64,000 nt of DNA from Blepharisma stoltei ATCC 30299 (lineage: Eukaryota > Protista > Ciliophora): NCBI GenBank assembly GCA_965603825.1, contig CBFDEM010000032.1:1-64000 (forward strand), given 5' to 3'. Positions 36,231 to 50,700 of this stretch are shown here, in pieces. The notes under the pieces are model-generated. The model did no database searches. It was not told the origin of the DNA and saw only the letters and a list, made by a program, of their open reading frames with translations. The translations under genes and the position numbers were made by a program. Positions within the stretch are counted from its first letter, which is position 1, and each line of letters starts with the position of its first letter.

Positions 36231-38633
36231 TTAGCTTACAGATAATAAATTTTTCATATCTTCCAATGCTTGTTTTTCATATATGAGTTTCCCTGCAATT
36301 TCGCTAAATGAAGGCACAGAAATAGTCCTATTGATTATTCCTTGGCATTGAGGACAATCTTCCTCATTTGGCGGCTTGCATTTTCCACAGCTTACGTGTC
36401 CACATGGGAGGCACATTAATGCATCTTCCAATAAATTAAAGCAAGAATGGCAGCTTAAATTGGTTTCCATCGAGTGTAAAGCGTGCTCCATTCTTTCTAG
36501 TCCTTTTCCGAGCTGCCTTTCTCTTTCTTGCAATGATTTTATAGCCCTTTGTGTGTCTAATTCAGAAGGTCTGTATTTTTCTAGTTCGGATCTCAGCTGT
36601 TCTATTCTTTGTAAGAGGGCTATGTTGCTTTCTCCAGTACTTTTGGCGTTGTTTTGTTCTTCTGAAATCTGTTTTTTTAATCTGCTGATTTCTGAGACCC
36701 TTTGAAGGAGCTCAGTTTCTAGTAGAGATTTGGCTTTGTTTATTGAATCTTTTTCAGATGTGATTGATAATAGTTGGGATTGAAGGATTTGGATTTGTGA
36801 CATTGACTTGTCGTTAATTGCTAAGCTTTTCTCAGCTTTGGAAACAAGTTCTTGAAGATTAAAATTTGAGACTTCTAGCCCAGAAACCTGCTTTTTATAG
36901 TTTTTTATTTCTTGCTGAAGAGTTTCAACCTCACTGCAGAGGTTTTCTACCCTCGAGTTTTGCTTTTGCATTTCTTTTTGAGTGAGGTCTATTTCAAGTT
37001 TAAATTGGTTGTTTTCTGTGTTTAATTTTCTATTGAGATCCATGATGGTATCTAGCTCTTCTTGCAAAGAAATTGCCAATTTGCGTTTTTCATCTAATTC
37101 TACAGCTTGCTTTGATTTTTCTATGAGCTGGGATTCAATATCTTTGGTGTATTGGGATTGATTTGATAATAAATTTTGATACTGTGACCTTTGGGTATCA
37201 ATTAAATTTAAATCTTCTTGCAACTTTAATATTGAAGCTTCCAAAGCTTTTTTCGAGGAGGATAAAAGACTGTTTTCTTTAGACAATCCTTCAATAATTT
37301 GCTTAAAGTTTGTTGATTCTTTAGTAAGTTTGCTGATTTCTATAGATTTCGCGATTAGCTCATCCTTTAAAAGCTGCTCTGCCTTTTTAGCATCGCTAGT
37401 TAGGCTTCTTTCTCTTATTTCTTTATCATTTCTTGTTAAATTGAGTTCTTTTTCTAAAGCATAACTTTTATTTTTGAATTCTTCTATTCCCTCAGCTAAT
37501 TTTTTGATTTCATTTTTTAGATCTTTTTCTTTTTGCTCAGAGGTACTAATTGCGGCATTTAATAAATTTTTTGTAATTTCTAAGTCTCTTTCTGTATTAT
37601 TTATTTTGATATTGTTCTCAGCTAAGCTTTGGGTAAGATTTTCTCTGTCATTTTTCAATTTTTCTATTTCTATCTCTTTTTCAGTTAACGTTTCTTGCAG
37701 AGAAGTCAGCTTTACATTTAAATCTATTTCCGAATTAAATGTAGCTTTTAGCAAAGTTTCTTTAGAATCATGCTGCTTTTTAAGCTCTTGAAAATGCTGA
37801 TATAACTCTCTCATTTTGTTTCTTGTAGATAAAAGCTCAGACTTTTCATCACTCAGCTCTTTTCTTAGATTTGCAATAATTTGGCTGTTCGTAATCTCTT
37901 TTTCGTTAAAATTTGTAATTTCAAATCTAAACTTTTGCAGTAGATTTTCTTTCTCAAAAGTTTCAGAGCTTAATCTTTCTACTTGTTCTTTAAGAACTCT
38001 AGAGTCATCAGCTAAAATTTCTTTATCTCTATTTACTGTATCAAAATCTGCTTTAACTTTTTTAAAATTTGCTTCAATTTCTGCTTTAGTTTTCCTTAAG
38101 ACTTCATTTTCGTTTTTTAATATTTCAAGCTTATAATTGCTTTCGTCAACTTCCTTTTTCTAAATAAATTTTACCCTTTTTTCTAACAGCTGTTTAAGTC
38201 CTAAATTTTCTGCTTTAAACCCTTTCGATTCTTCATAAAATTTCAAAACTTTCGCCAGCTCTTCTTGAGTTTTTTCGAGTTCCTGTGCGATTTTTTGCTT
38301 TTGGCTTTCAAAAGTTTGGATCCTGGCTTTCAATGCAGTGTTTTCTTTTTCTAAGTTTCCGATTTTTTCAGACCATTCTCCTGCCTTTCCTTTTTCTTCT
38401 TTAAAAACTCTGCTAATTCCTTCATAATTCCTTTGCAGAGCTGCTATGGTAATATCTTTTTGCTGATTATCATAAATAAGCTCTTCAATTCTCAACTGTA
38501 GATCTGGCTGCCTTCTATATCCCTCTGAAGAAGAGTTTTCTCTTAAATTTGTGCTGTTAGTAAGAATCTGCTGAGCTGCATTACCCAGCCTATTTTTTGA
38601 GTCTGATTTTTCCCCACTTCTACCTCTGAGCAT
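36231..38633 (-). CDS. Long coiled-coil protein with C-terminal RING finger, 795 aa
   Basis: Intron 38160..38174 (GTAAAATTTATTTAG) joins the two ORFs in frame. CHSC..CLPCGHVSCGKC..CPQC. Confidence 0.88.
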
Positions 38634-38659
38634 ATTTTTAAAATTATGAATTAATATAA

Positions 38660-41600
38660 TTAATATCTTGCCAAGTCTTTTTCTAACTGCTGCTCCATAT
38701 ATCCATTGAAATCTAGTCTTAGAAACAGCTCTGGGTAGTTTCCCTTGCTTGAAATTGTTTTGGTCATTTTATATAAAAATCTGTGAATCCTATTGAAATC
38801 TTGTTCGACTGATTTTAATTTCTGGATGACTTCTTCGTCAATTCCAGTTTCACTGTCAATTTGCTTCATTATTCCTTGAAACCTCATTACTAAGCCAAAA
38901 ATAATCCTCAATTGCTCCATCACTACGTTTCCTTTGAGATCTAAAAAGCATTTTAATAAGACACGCTCTAAATATTGCTTGTGTAAGTCTATTAATTCAT
39001 CCAAATTTTTACACTTTTGTATTGAAGATTTTAAAAATTTCCAAGCTGTCCCGTGTACTTCTGAAGCAATATACCCTTGGAAAATATCTAAAAAATGCTG
39101 CATTTTTTGACGAAGTAGCTGGAGACGGCGCAAATGAACCTTCAGCCTTTCTGAAATTTCTGTTGATGCTGTATGGAAGAAAAATTTGAAATCGCTTAAT
39201 ATCATTGTAATATACTTTACCCTTAAAAGAGTAATAAATACTAACGAATAACTTTTAATAGATTCCTCATTTACAATTAACTGTAAAATTCCATCCACAC
39301 TATATTTAATTGATAAGTAGTCTAAATCATCCACATTTCGATACCCCATCCCAAGCCACCCATCTTTATTATCAATAATTTTAAACCTTTCAGCAAGTGG
39401 GTCATCTTTGCATGAAGACATTTTTATTGAATTTTCCCATATTGACGAAGTATTTCCTCTATATTCATCAGTAAATAATGACCTTAAAAACTGATCTATA
39501 GAGTCTCCAGCTTCTAATAAAGCATATCTTTTTAAAGCCTTTAAATGGTCCATTAATTTCAGTTTTCTTAAAATCAAATGTAAAGTCGCTTTATTTACAA
39601 ATTCTGACTGAAGCTTTATAGGCTGAATTATCAGCTTGTTTATAATAAGAGATAAAGGATAAGACCGTGAGGAATCATCTGGGAGATCCCCTAAAATGTC
39701 TTTAAAAATATCAGAGCTTTCATTACGAGCTGCAATTGCCCATTTTTTCCTAGGGGTGATTTTTCTGAAAACTTTTTTAATTATTTCTTCAAATAGAAGA
39801 GATGCACAAATTTCAAATTTTTCTAAATCTTCGCGATAGCCAATGCGAGGCTGGTCAATATTTTGGACTTTTTTAGCTTTGTCTGGGACAAGATGATAGT
39901 TAAATATGTCTTTCATAGAAGAAAACCCACCTGGGGGCTGAAGCACTCTTTTAGGGAAAAATGATATTTCTTCTTGCCTATTAGCATTTTCTATTGGTTC
40001 AATATCCATTTTTAATTCCTCATTTTGATTTTCCATTTCTGCTATATTTCCTTCTCTATTTTCTCCATTTTCTTCCACAATTTCCATCTTATCCGCAATC
40101 TCAATTTTCCATTTTTCCTCTTCCTTTGCTAAAAATTCATTTCTTTTCTTTACCAGGGCAAACCTCTTTGTTTTCCATTCATTTAGCCCATATTTCGAGT
40201 ACATTTCCTCAAGCATTTTTTTATGTTGCTCAATCAAAAATTGTTTTCCTTTCTCAATCAGTTCTTTTTGTTCTTCTTTTAATTTCGCTTGCCTTTCTTT
40301 TTCCTTTTGCGCTTCCATCTCTTTTTCAATTCTCTTTAAATTGCGGTTTTCATTAATTTGATTATTAAGTGACTGAAAATAATTCCATTGTTTTCGCTTT
40401 TTGGCTTCATTTTTTTCTTCTTCCTGCTGATATGCAATGTTTGCTACATTTTTTCTGTCTTTAAGCTTATCTAATTTCTCTTTAAGCTGGGCTTCTTTTT
40501 TTCGTTCTTCTTCTAATAAGAGTTTCCTTTCTAATTCTAATAAAGCTTTAGTCTGTTGACCTTGGAATGCTAAAAATAAGTCTTCAAGAGACTTGATTTT
40601 TTCTGGGCTGAAACTTAGTTTGAAATTAGGTGTTTTTATATCAGATTCGTCAAGAGAAGAAATTAATCCAGTTGCACAGATATGGTAATAGGAAAAACAG
40701 TCGTCTATAAGTAGCTTTAAAACTGATAAATTTTTTCCGATGTTTTTTAGGTCTTCTATAGCTTCTTTTAATAAAATATTTTCTTGAGCGGAAAATCTGT
40801 TATAGTATTTTTCTACAGAAAATTCTGGCTTGCTAGAATAAGCTTTATTGATTTGGATAATAAATTCATTATAATTGTCTTCAATTTCTCCGAAAAATAC
40901 AAATTTAGTTAAAATTTCGAAAAAAGGCTTTGAGACGTCTTTAAAAATCATTTTTAAAAGCTGGGAATTTTCGAAATCTCCTTCATTTGCCCAGGTGACT
41001 TCGTATAAATAATCAATTAGCTGCCCGCCTCTTGGAAATTCTCGATTCAAGCACAAAATATTAAGAGAATCCAGTTGCTCCCTCAAGCTATTTGTTTCTG
41101 TAATTAATTGAATCATGGTTTTGGTATCAGGAATATTAGAAATAAAGCTTTGATAGAAAAGCAAAAATTTTTCTATTGCAGAAGCCACTGCAGGACTCAT
41201 TAATTCATTTTTTCTCTTTAAAGCTTCTACAAAGTTGACTAAATTTATTCATTGCTTTCCTGATCTTACTAAACACTCAATAGAATTGTATGTAAGCTTA
41301 TGATTTAAACAGTCCAGCCTAAAAGGAGTCTTTAATGAAAATTCTGAGCCCATTTCAAATAACCCATTAGGTATTCCTAATAATAAATATTTTAAGCCAA
41401 TCACAAGTTTTTCTTCACTTATTAATGTGCCTTGGTAGTCAAATATTTCATCAGTGGATTTAATGAAATCTTGGTCTGATTTCTTGGTGGTAAGCGAAAT
41501 TAGGGCTTGAGAAATTTTATAAGTTTCAGCTTTTTCCCACATTTTTCGAGTATCTGGGGTATCCATGCTGTATTTAAAATTATTTTCATTGGAATTCAGC

Positions 41601-42496
41601 TCTTCGGTTACCATATCCCATTGGTTTATTTTGCTGGGTAATTTTTTCTTAATTATTTCTTTGCTTCTTTTGAGTTTTATTGATGCTGGAAACGGAAATT
41701 TGTTGTCAGATTGGCTTTGCTGAGGAAGCGGAGGCAGCTTTAAATTGATTCCAAAAGGATTTTCAGGCTTTTCTGATTGCAGCTGTTGGAAAGCTCCTAG
41801 CAAATCTTTTTGATTTTGTTCCTCAACAAATCATTTATTATCCTCTACAGTAATCTGAGTGGTATAGCTACCAAGATCACAAAGATTCATAGCATCAAAA
41901 TCAAATACTGGGTATTTTCGGTCAATTCCCCCAAATCTTGTACTGTGTATACTTTTATCTGCAGGAGTCAGCGCGCCTTTGTCTAGCGAAAAAAGATTTA
42001 ATCCCGGCTTTTTAGAATCAGAAAAATTAAATATTTTTGGAGTTCCAAACTCAAAAATATCATTTGGAGCTTGCAATTTTAGACTACTTGTTTTTTTATG
42101 CAAAAGATCCAAGCTTTTTCAAGAGATTTCTGTTAGGTTTCCTCCGTTTTGAGCATCTTCTAAATTAAAAAGCAAATTAAGAATGCTAAAATGCTCATCA
42201 AATTTTGTGACAATAAAATTTTGCTGTGGGTATTTTTTTTTGGAAAGAAAAGCTTCTATAAGAAGTTCTAAACTTGCCGCTTTATCGTATTGCTTTTTGC
42301 TTCTCAAGTTATAAGTGATATTTACAACTTTAGAAATCAATCATTTTTCTCCTGATTCTGGTGTGTGATAATTTCTAAATGTTTATTACTGTAAAAGTAA
42401 GTCAAAAACCCGGGTGTTTATTTTTTTCCTATCTACTTTTGGTCCAATAAAAATTTCTTCAAGATCTTTTAGTAATCCTATAATACTTTGCGCCAT
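38660..42496 (-). CDS. TUBGCP6: Gamma-tubulin complex component, GCP6-like
   Basis: Intron 42375..42389 plus UGA=Trp joins four ORFs. GRIP1 (RGGQLIDYLY, PFFEIL..G.IED.YNEF) and GRIP2 (HLKALKRYALLEAGD, LDELIDLHKQYL..CFL, LRLDFNGY) separated by a long charged coiled-coil insert typical of GCP6. Confidence 0.8.
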
Positions 42497-42665
42497 ATCA
42501 ATTTATATAAATTAATAGAGCTATTAGAAATACCTAAGTAAATATTTAGCTTTATTTAGAATGCTGCACGCCCCTCACACATAACAAATAATTATTAATT
42601 TTTACAGAGCATTGCAGATCTGAATTCCATTTTCTAATTGAAGATATGATTAGATGTTTTAAACC

Positions 42666-43781
42666 TTAAAGTTTAAGAGAAAAAGAATGAAGATCTGCAT
42701 GAAGCTTCTTTAATGCCTCTTTATAAGCTTGATTCGACAAATCTTTATACGTTTTCGCAGCCTGAGTTTGCACTGGGGAATCATAATTTTTAGTGAAACT
42801 TGTTTCTAATTCACTCTGCTCTTGTTTTATCTTTCTAGCCATATTTTGCCTATGTAAATGGTCTTTAACGTCTTTTTTCTCTTTCCATTTCCTATCAGGA
42901 GAATATCTCATTTCTGAAATACTTGGCGTAAAAGAGCATTCTTTGAGTTCCTGATGCAATTTTATTATAGATTTTTCTTTTTTCATTGATTTCACATTTT
43001 TTCCTCACTGAACCAGTCTTTTTATTGTGTCTTCTGCTTTTACATTTGTGGCTGGGTTATCAATTTTTGGCCGAAAAGTGCATTCCTTCTCAATTTCTGC
43101 ACTTTCGTCATTTTCATTGATTATAGGAACTTCTTTGCATGAGTGATATAAGCTTTCCCATATATCTTGGCCATTGGATTTTGACCGTGATTTTGCAAGC
43201 TTTTCAGAGACTTTGTTAAGTTTTGGCCTGTAGCTATACGTTTCGAATTTATGGTCAATATCTTTGGATGGCTTAAGTAGCCTGTCTATTACTTTTCCTT
43301 GATTTTTGGCTAGTTTTGAAGACTTAGCGCTGATTTTGGGCTGAAATGAAAATTCATTTATGGAGCAGAGAGATCTTGAGCGATATCTGCTGTGACAGAA
43401 GGATATTTCTGGAATATCAGAAATAAAAGAACTGTTGTGGCTTCTTTTGGTCATGCTTCTTTGTTCTTCTTCAGTATTTAAGGTTAAATTTTCAGATTTT
43501 TCAGAAGCGCTTTTAAGGTTTTGAGAGTTGATTAAATTTTTTTGTAATTTTTCCATAAAATTTAGAGTATTTGAATTTATATTGAATTTTTTTTCATTGG
43601 TTTCTGCTGTCCCAGCATCATTTCTAAAGTTATCAAGCCTCATTTTGATTTTATTTAAATAATTCTTATGGTTTCCATAATTTTGCTTTTCTGGGCTTGG
43701 CGATTCAGTTTTTATGCTCTCATAATTCTTGTCTATATCTAGAAATGGCTCTGAAGAGCTTGCTCTGTTATTAACAGACAT
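42666..43781 (-). CDS. Basic low-complexity protein with repeated (EC)xFxPxI motifs, possibly microtubule-associated
   Basis: One frame across UGA 43005. Motifs FSFQPKIS, YSYRPKLN, ECTFRPKID, ECSFTPSIS. ATG 43781 chosen because upstream codons look like AT-rich UTR. Confidence 0.75.
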
Positions 43782-43936
43782 AATTTTTATTATTCTCTTT
43801 TTTAACTTGCATGAAAATTTATTTTTATTTAAATTTATTGCTAATTTATGTCTTTTCATTAGAGTTGATATTTTTAACTATATTAAAACATTTATTTTGT
43901 GATAAAAAATTCTATTATAACTAAAAAATTGCTTAA

Positions 43937-44839
43937 TTATGACCTTTTCTTGCTCTTTCTGAGCGGCTCATTCGGGTTTCTCCTGTCAGGGCCATACTTA
44001 TGAGGATTCTTTACTTGCAAATTGTACCCAAAAGCTTCAATTGACTCAGGATCATACACATCAGGCTTTTTCCAATTCCATTTATTCTGTCTTCCTCCCA
44101 TCATAAGCAGCTGATCCTCTCTCAGTATAAGATCACTATTATTTTTCCCTCCTTTAGGTGTCGGGACAGGATACACCTGCCCTCTCAAATTATTTTTCGT
44201 CTTCCTCGGCTCATGGTACTGTGTTTTTCCTTCTGCATCAATAGAATAACTTATTTTATAAAGCGTGTGATTTCCACAAGCCTCACAAAACTCTTTTTCT
44301 GGGTCTTCACAAATTTCGTGGCAGGACCTGCATTTTTGTACCCATCTTTTGAGGTATTTTATTTCCAGTCCTCCTAATGACAATAATCTTAACCCCATTT
44401 GTATGGCGACGTTTTGTATGGCATAATCAAGGGTAAGAACACAGACGCGTGAGTCTGGAGTTGATTTAAAGTTTTCTGGGGTGATCCATTCATTGTCCAT
44501 TCTATGGACTTGGTTTTCATTACTTCTGATTTCGCCTGGCTCGGATTTTAATAATCCCCCACGTTCTCGCTCTAAACGGCAGGCTAAAGCAATTACTTTG
44601 ATATCTGTGGCGCTTAGGCTGCGAATGTCACCTGTTTTTCTGGCGAATTCTAATGTGTATGAGAGGTCTTCTTCGGTGGGCTCTGTTGTTTTTATTTCTT
44701 CCAGATGAAGAGATAAAAGGGCTCGTGCATGTTTATCACGGACTTCTTGGATTACTTGTGGAACTGTGTAAAAATCTTGGCCGAGGGATCGGATGTCTTT
44801 TCCTTTTATTAGAGGTCCTGTATCAACGACCACGGCCAT
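43937..44839 (-). CDS. NOB1: NOB1 20S pre-rRNA PIN endonuclease
   Basis: VVVDTG, EVRD, TGD..SLSATDIKVIAL, WITPEN, DYAIQNV..QMGL, CRSC..FCEACGNHTL, EDQ. Confidence 0.95.
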   Translation of the reverse strand: MAVVVDTGPLIKGKDIRSLGQDFYTVPQVIQEVRDKHARALLSLHLEEIKTTEPTEEDLSYTLEFARKTGDIRSLSATDIKVIALACRLERERGGLLKSEPGEIRSNENQVHRMDNEWITPENFKSTPDSRVCVLTLDYAIQNVAIQMGLRLLSLGGLEIKYLKRWVQKCRSCHEICEDPEKEFCEACGNHTLYKISYSIDAEGKTQYHEPRKTKNNLRGQVYPVPTPKGGKNNSDLILREDQLLMMGGRQNKWNWKKPDVYDPESIEAFGYNLQVKNPHKYGPDRRNPNEPLRKSKKRS

Positions 44840-45440
44840 TTTAAGTATTAATGAAATTAAATTAATTTTGCAATTGTTTTTATATATATTGAATTCCTGC
44901 ATGGTTAATATTATTGATATTAAAATTTTATAAGGCATTAATTACTGATGTCTAAAGATTTTACCATCAATAAGAGGATATCACTTTTTGTTAATTAGTA
45001 AATATTTCATGTGCGATTTAAATTTTCAGGTATAGATCATACAGTTTGCCATTTTGATATGAGTTGCTTGTAAGCTTATTATAATACCAGCACTATTCAG
45101 TACCTTTTATTAATTATAGCTTTTTGATATTTTCAATATGATTTTCCATGAAAAATTTCTGTATTTCTAATTCTTCTAATCATTATCATCATAATAATTT
45201 CAGATTTATTGAGATTTCTTTAATATGCTACTAATCTCTATTCATCAATATTTATGGGTCATTCATCTTATATTTCAAAAATTATCCATATCTAGACTTT
45301 CCCAAGAAGAAAGAAATTTCTCAGTTCTAATTTCATCATAGGCAATTATTAATATCTATTAATTAATAATTTATTTTTCTTATTAATAAATCTAATCTGA
45401 TATCAATTTTTAATTTTATTTTTCCTTAATTACATTATAA

Positions 45441-46166
45441 TTAAAACTCCGTCATTACCGCTTGAAAGTCAATTTCATTAAGAAATTTTATACTGTCTAA
45501 TTCTTCATCAAGAATTAAGTCTCTATCAGAAAAAGATTCGACCCTATCAGGTGAATATTTTTCTTTGTTTTTTGGCTCAGGCATGAGGTGGTCCACCAAC
45601 CTCTCATAGTCAACAGTTCCGTTTTGCAAGCTTTTATTTGCCATTTCATTGTAGCGCCTATTCAGCTCTTGTATTGATACTTCTGAATCGTCTGAAACAA
45701 TATTCAGATAGAACCTGAAGCTGGCCGCAAAATTTGGGATGAAACTATTAAGCAAGTATGAAAATGGCTCATACTCATCATTCAAACTAATTTTGGATTT
45801 TAACCCTGCTATGGCAATCATCAAAAAAGGGTTGGCCAAAAGTTTTTCTTTTTGCATATTTTCAATGATCATTGACCAAAGAACTATTTCCACCTCGCTC
45901 ATCATAAGAACCTTGGCCAAAAAGTTGAATACTTCGTGGATTTGGAACAAGGTGCCTTTAATACAAGGAAGAGCTGAAAGTTGATAAAGAAAGCTCTGCC
46001 GCAAGGAAGAAACAAATGAAGACTGATATTCAATCATCAGCTTGCGGTATGCCCCTATTTGAGTCTTAGACCACGTTTTGCATTCACTTAATGGTTCTTC
46101 GCGACTTTCTAGAATCGCTCCTGCTACAGAAACATCCATATAGTAATTCATAATAATCTTATCCAT
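45441..46166 (-). CDS. Hypothetical protein, divergent cyclin-fold-like family (relative of 59061..60077)
   Basis: 241 aa open frame sharing E..LW, A...K..LND..PF/Y, N.R..E and DY...VD motifs with 59061..60077. Confidence 0.75.
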   Translation of the reverse strand: MDKIIMNYYMDVSVAGAILESREEPLSECKTWSKTQIGAYRKLMIEYQSSFVSSLRQSFLYQLSALPCIKGTLFQIHEVFNFLAKVLMMSEVEIVLWSMIIENMQKEKLLANPFLMIAIAGLKSKISLNDEYEPFSYLLNSFIPNFAASFRFYLNIVSDDSEVSIQELNRRYNEMANKSLQNGTVDYERLVDHLMPEPKNKEKYSPDRVESFSDRDLILDEELDSIKFLNEIDFQAVMTEF

Positions 46167-47719
46167 TAATATTTTTATATCACCATAAATTAATCAATAA
46201 GGCAGTGTTGCTAATTTGTAACTAATTCAAAGGAATTTTAATTTTGAAAATAACCATTGAGATTTAAGGACATTTCTTGGCAGGTAAAAACTAGCTTTTG
46301 CGCAGCAAATTCTATTTAGCAACTTAATAATATCGAATATATTTTAAGACGCATAAGCTTGCCCTTGAAATACTTGATAAATAAATATTACCACTAAACT
46401 AACTATTATAAATTAAGATGAGTCTTAAACTTTTAGTTAATTTAAAGTTTATCTTAGAAATTGTATATAAATAGCCTAGACTACCAAATTAAAGATTTAA
46501 AGAAGCTAGAGATATTGTTTTTAAGCTGTGATTTCCCAATTGTCTATTTCCCCTCTTGCTTATGAATTTAATGCTTTATCAAAAATTAAAACAGCCTTCA
46601 GTATAAGCATTTCATCTCAATTTCCCTAATGGTTAGCAAATTATTTTTATATTTTCCTTATAATTAATATGAATCATGCAAATTTATTCATAAATTGAAT
46701 TGAACATTTTAATAAAAAATTATGCAATTATTTTATTCTAATTAAGGGCATTAAATATAGCCAAGCTATTATAAATTAAATATAAAAAACCTTTAGACAA
46801 TTAAAATTTAAATTAAATGACAATAATTCATATGCTAACAGATAGCTTTTTATATTTTTAGTTTATTTTTGACGAACAATTTTTTACGAAATTTTACCAA
46901 ATAAAATTATTTAAAATTCTGACCAATGTATAAATTCAATTCATTCAAACATAAGGTTTTTTGCTTTCTAAATCCAATAAATTTGAAAATCAATACACCC
47001 TCCTCAATGCAGTTCTTACTATATGTTGCCCTTTTTAATTATAAGCCGTCAGAAAGTGTAAATAACAAAGTTTAGAGTCTATAATCCATATGAGCTTCTA
47101 TGTAACCTCAATTTTTAAAATTTAAATTAACTATATAAACTTTTATTGGTAAATCTATTTAAGATAATTTCATAAATATCAATTTTATTTTAATATTAAA
47201 TAAAAGAACCTTAGGAAATCATAAATCTTCAAATTTTTTTCTAATATAGAAATTGCATTGCTTGCATTCTCACATTTTATTGAATCTAAAAACTTTCATA
47301 ACAAAAAGAAAAATTAAATATAGAGTACTGAAAGAGCAAATTATTGATCAAAGCTTGCGAATTTTGCATACAAAAACCAACTAGACTAAAATAAAGTATA
47401 ATTTAATTTCGGGAAATTATTCACTCAAAAATCATATTTACACTATCTTTCACTCAAAGATCAATTTTTCAAAATGCTCCATAATAAGCATCACTTTATA
47501 TAAAATGCCACTCTCACATAATTAACGAACTTTTCATAACTAACTGACAAATTTTTAAAAAAATAGAATTTAACAAACAAACACAACAAAAATCAATCCT
47601 CAGCTTTCCCCTGCTAATTTCCAATTGTACTCCTTCAATCTTCTCTAACGGCTTTTTTTATTGTCCTTTAAAATCAATAAATTGAAAATCAGATGTTCCT
47701 TTTGATTATATAATTAAAA

Positions 47720-50700
47720 ATGTCTTGGCAGCACTACAAAGCCCTAATGTACAAAGACTGAATCCTTTGACGACGCAGAATATTTGGCTCAGTATGCGAA
47801 GTACTATTCCCTATAATTGTATTTCTTCTGCTTGCCTTAATCCGTGCTTCTTTAGGTTCTGAGGAAGTCGATGCCGAATCCTATCTCAGTTATGCAGAAT
47901 ACGTGAAGCCTTCTGTCTCAAATGCCGTTACCTATCCTTTTCCTGAGGGCAACTCATTTAAATGATGCCATGAATACGTCGAAGAAGGAGAATCCTGAAT
48001 GATTGCCCTAGCTCCAAAAAATGATATAAACGGATACCTTGAAGAAACATTTGCAGCCCATCCCAATCTCCAAAATGTAGAGATCCGTTACTTCGAAGAT
48101 GACGATGAAATTGATGATTATATACAGGACGATGACTACGAAGACGGCCCCAAACTCTGTTTTGCTGTAGTTTTTAAGGAAGCCGAAGATAACTATTATG
48201 AATATCATATTAGGTTTAATCAGTCATATTCTCAGCCTGATGGTGGGGAGCCTATAGGAGAAGACTTTGAAATCTTTCAGTTCCACAGATTTGATGCAAC
48301 AGATGAGCTTCTAAGAGAGCCAAAGCCAGATTTCCAGATAGATTTTATACATTCAGGGTTCGTTCAAATTCAGAACTATGTTGATAATTATTTGCTAAAA
48401 GAAGCCACAGGGGATGACAACGCTTATATAGCGGCTGGATTTGTCCCGATGTATTATGACGATTATGTAGATGATGATTTTATTGAAAATATTCAGGATA
48501 TTTTGCCTTTCTTTTTTATAATTTCGTTTTTGATACCTGTATGCAGAAATATTGCTCAGATTGTGATGGAAAAGGAGTATAGGATAAAGGAAATTATGTG
48601 TATTATGGGACTGTCAAATAAAGCGTACTGGCTATCATGGATTACTTATTATTTTTTGGTTTATTTATTGATATCAATTTTAGCCACTATTATTTTGGGA
48701 TTGCAGATATTTACGTACAGCAATAAGTTTATATTGTTTATTACTTTTTTGTTATTAGGAGTCTCATCTATTAGTTTTGCTGTATTGATATCAGTTTTCT
48801 TTTCACGTGCAAAGGCAGCACTTGCATTAGGACTGATGGTCTTTTTAGGCCTTTTTTTTGTGTTTTTTGCTGTTGATGACCCTTATCTTGACCATACACA
48901 AAAATTTTTGGCTTCATTTATCCCAACTGTAGCCTTTGGCCTAAGCACTGGAATTCTTTGTGAGCTTGAAAAAGGGCAGGCGGGGGTCCAATTTGATAAC
49001 ATAAACCAAGATATTTACAATTACACGTACTCTACAGCTTTAATCATGATAGCTCTAGACACAGTAATTTTCTTCTTTCTAGCCTTATATTTTGAACAAG
49101 TCTGGCCTTCGGAATGAGGCACTAAGCGGCCATGATATTTTATTTTCCAAAAAGACACATGAATAACCAGAAAAGAAGAAGAAGAGCAAGATGACGATTT
49201 TCCTAGAGATATTGACTATGACGACAATGTAGAGCCTGTCGACCCACTTTTATCTAACCAAAAAACATCAGGAAGAGCTATGCTGGTAAGAAATCTTACC
49301 AAAATATTTAACGGAACTACAGCTGTGGACAACTTGAATCTCGACATATATGAAGGCCAAATTTTCGCACTATTAGGACACAATGGAGCAGGAAAAACAA
49401 CCACGATTTCTATGCTCACTGGGCTTATCCCCACCACTACTGGAGATATGAAAGTTCGAGGACTTCGCCTTTCCAAAGACTTAGACAAGCTACGAAAGCT
49501 CTTTGGAGTCTGCCCACAGCAGAACGTGCTTTATGGAGAACTGACAGCTACAGAGCACTTATACCTTTTTTCGGTCTTTAAAGGTATGAATAACAAAGCT
49601 CTGATAAACCAAAAAATCGACGAAAAATTACAAGAAGTCGATTTGGTGCCTCATAAAGACAAATATTCAAGTTTTTTGTCAGGCGGACAAAAGAGAAAGC
49701 TTAGTCTTGCAATTGCGCTGATTGCTGATTCCCCAATTGTGCTATTAGATGAGCCTACATCAGGAATGGACTTGACAGCAAGACGTAATATGTGAGATAT
49801 GCTTAAGAAAAATAAATCGTCAAGAATTGTGATTTTAACGACTCATTATATGCAAGAAGCTGACATTCTTGCTGATAGAATCGCTATTTTGTCAAATGGC
49901 AAGCTGAGGTGCTGTGGATCGTCATTATTTTTAAAAGGCAGATATGGAGTCGGCTACTATCTGACCCTTGTAAAAGAAGTGGACGCTGCAAGTGTTGAGC
50001 ACAGCCAAATGGTCACAGATTTCGTAAAATCATATATTCCAACTGCTATTAAAGCAAGCGATGTCCATGCAGAAATTGCGTTTAGGCTGCCTATTGGCAG
50101 TGCAACCAAATTCGAAGACTTTTTCCAGTCACTTGATAATAGAAAAAGTGAGCTTAAAATTAGATCATACGGAGTATCAGTCACAACACTAGAAGAAGTA
50201 TTCATAAGAGTAGCTAGAGGGGACAATGAGCTAAAAGAAGGAAGCTCTAATTGAAGCCAAAGAGAAGAGGCTAAAGAAGAAGGAGAAGATATAGTAGGAG
50301 ATGAGCAGCAACTTATTGAAACTGAAAGGGAGACTAAAGGACTGTTCACAAGACATATTAAATGCCTCTTAAGGAAAAGATATCTGTGGACCAAGCGAGA
50401 TTGGAGAATTTTTGTATTTGAATTATTTGTCCCTGCACTTCTGGTACTTTTTGGACTTATTTTTATGCTAATTGCTGAAAGATTTATAGATCAAGACCCT
50501 TATGAGTTAGTTATTGATCAATACGAAACACCACAGAGCATCATGTACCCAGAGTCTTCTGGAGTGACTGAACAAATAATGCAGCTTATTGACGAGTCTG
50601 ACGATGTTGAGCTAAAAGCTGTAGAAGTTGAGAATATTCAGCAATTTGACAATGAAGTCTTTGAAGATAGAGACAGAGACCCATATAGAATGGGCGCCTA

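Noticed and set aside
26903-43781. Functional basal-body gene cluster (tubulin, GCP6, coiled-coil proteins)
   Set aside because: Interspersed with unrelated genes; cytoskeletal genes are common in ciliates, so co-occurrence is expected.
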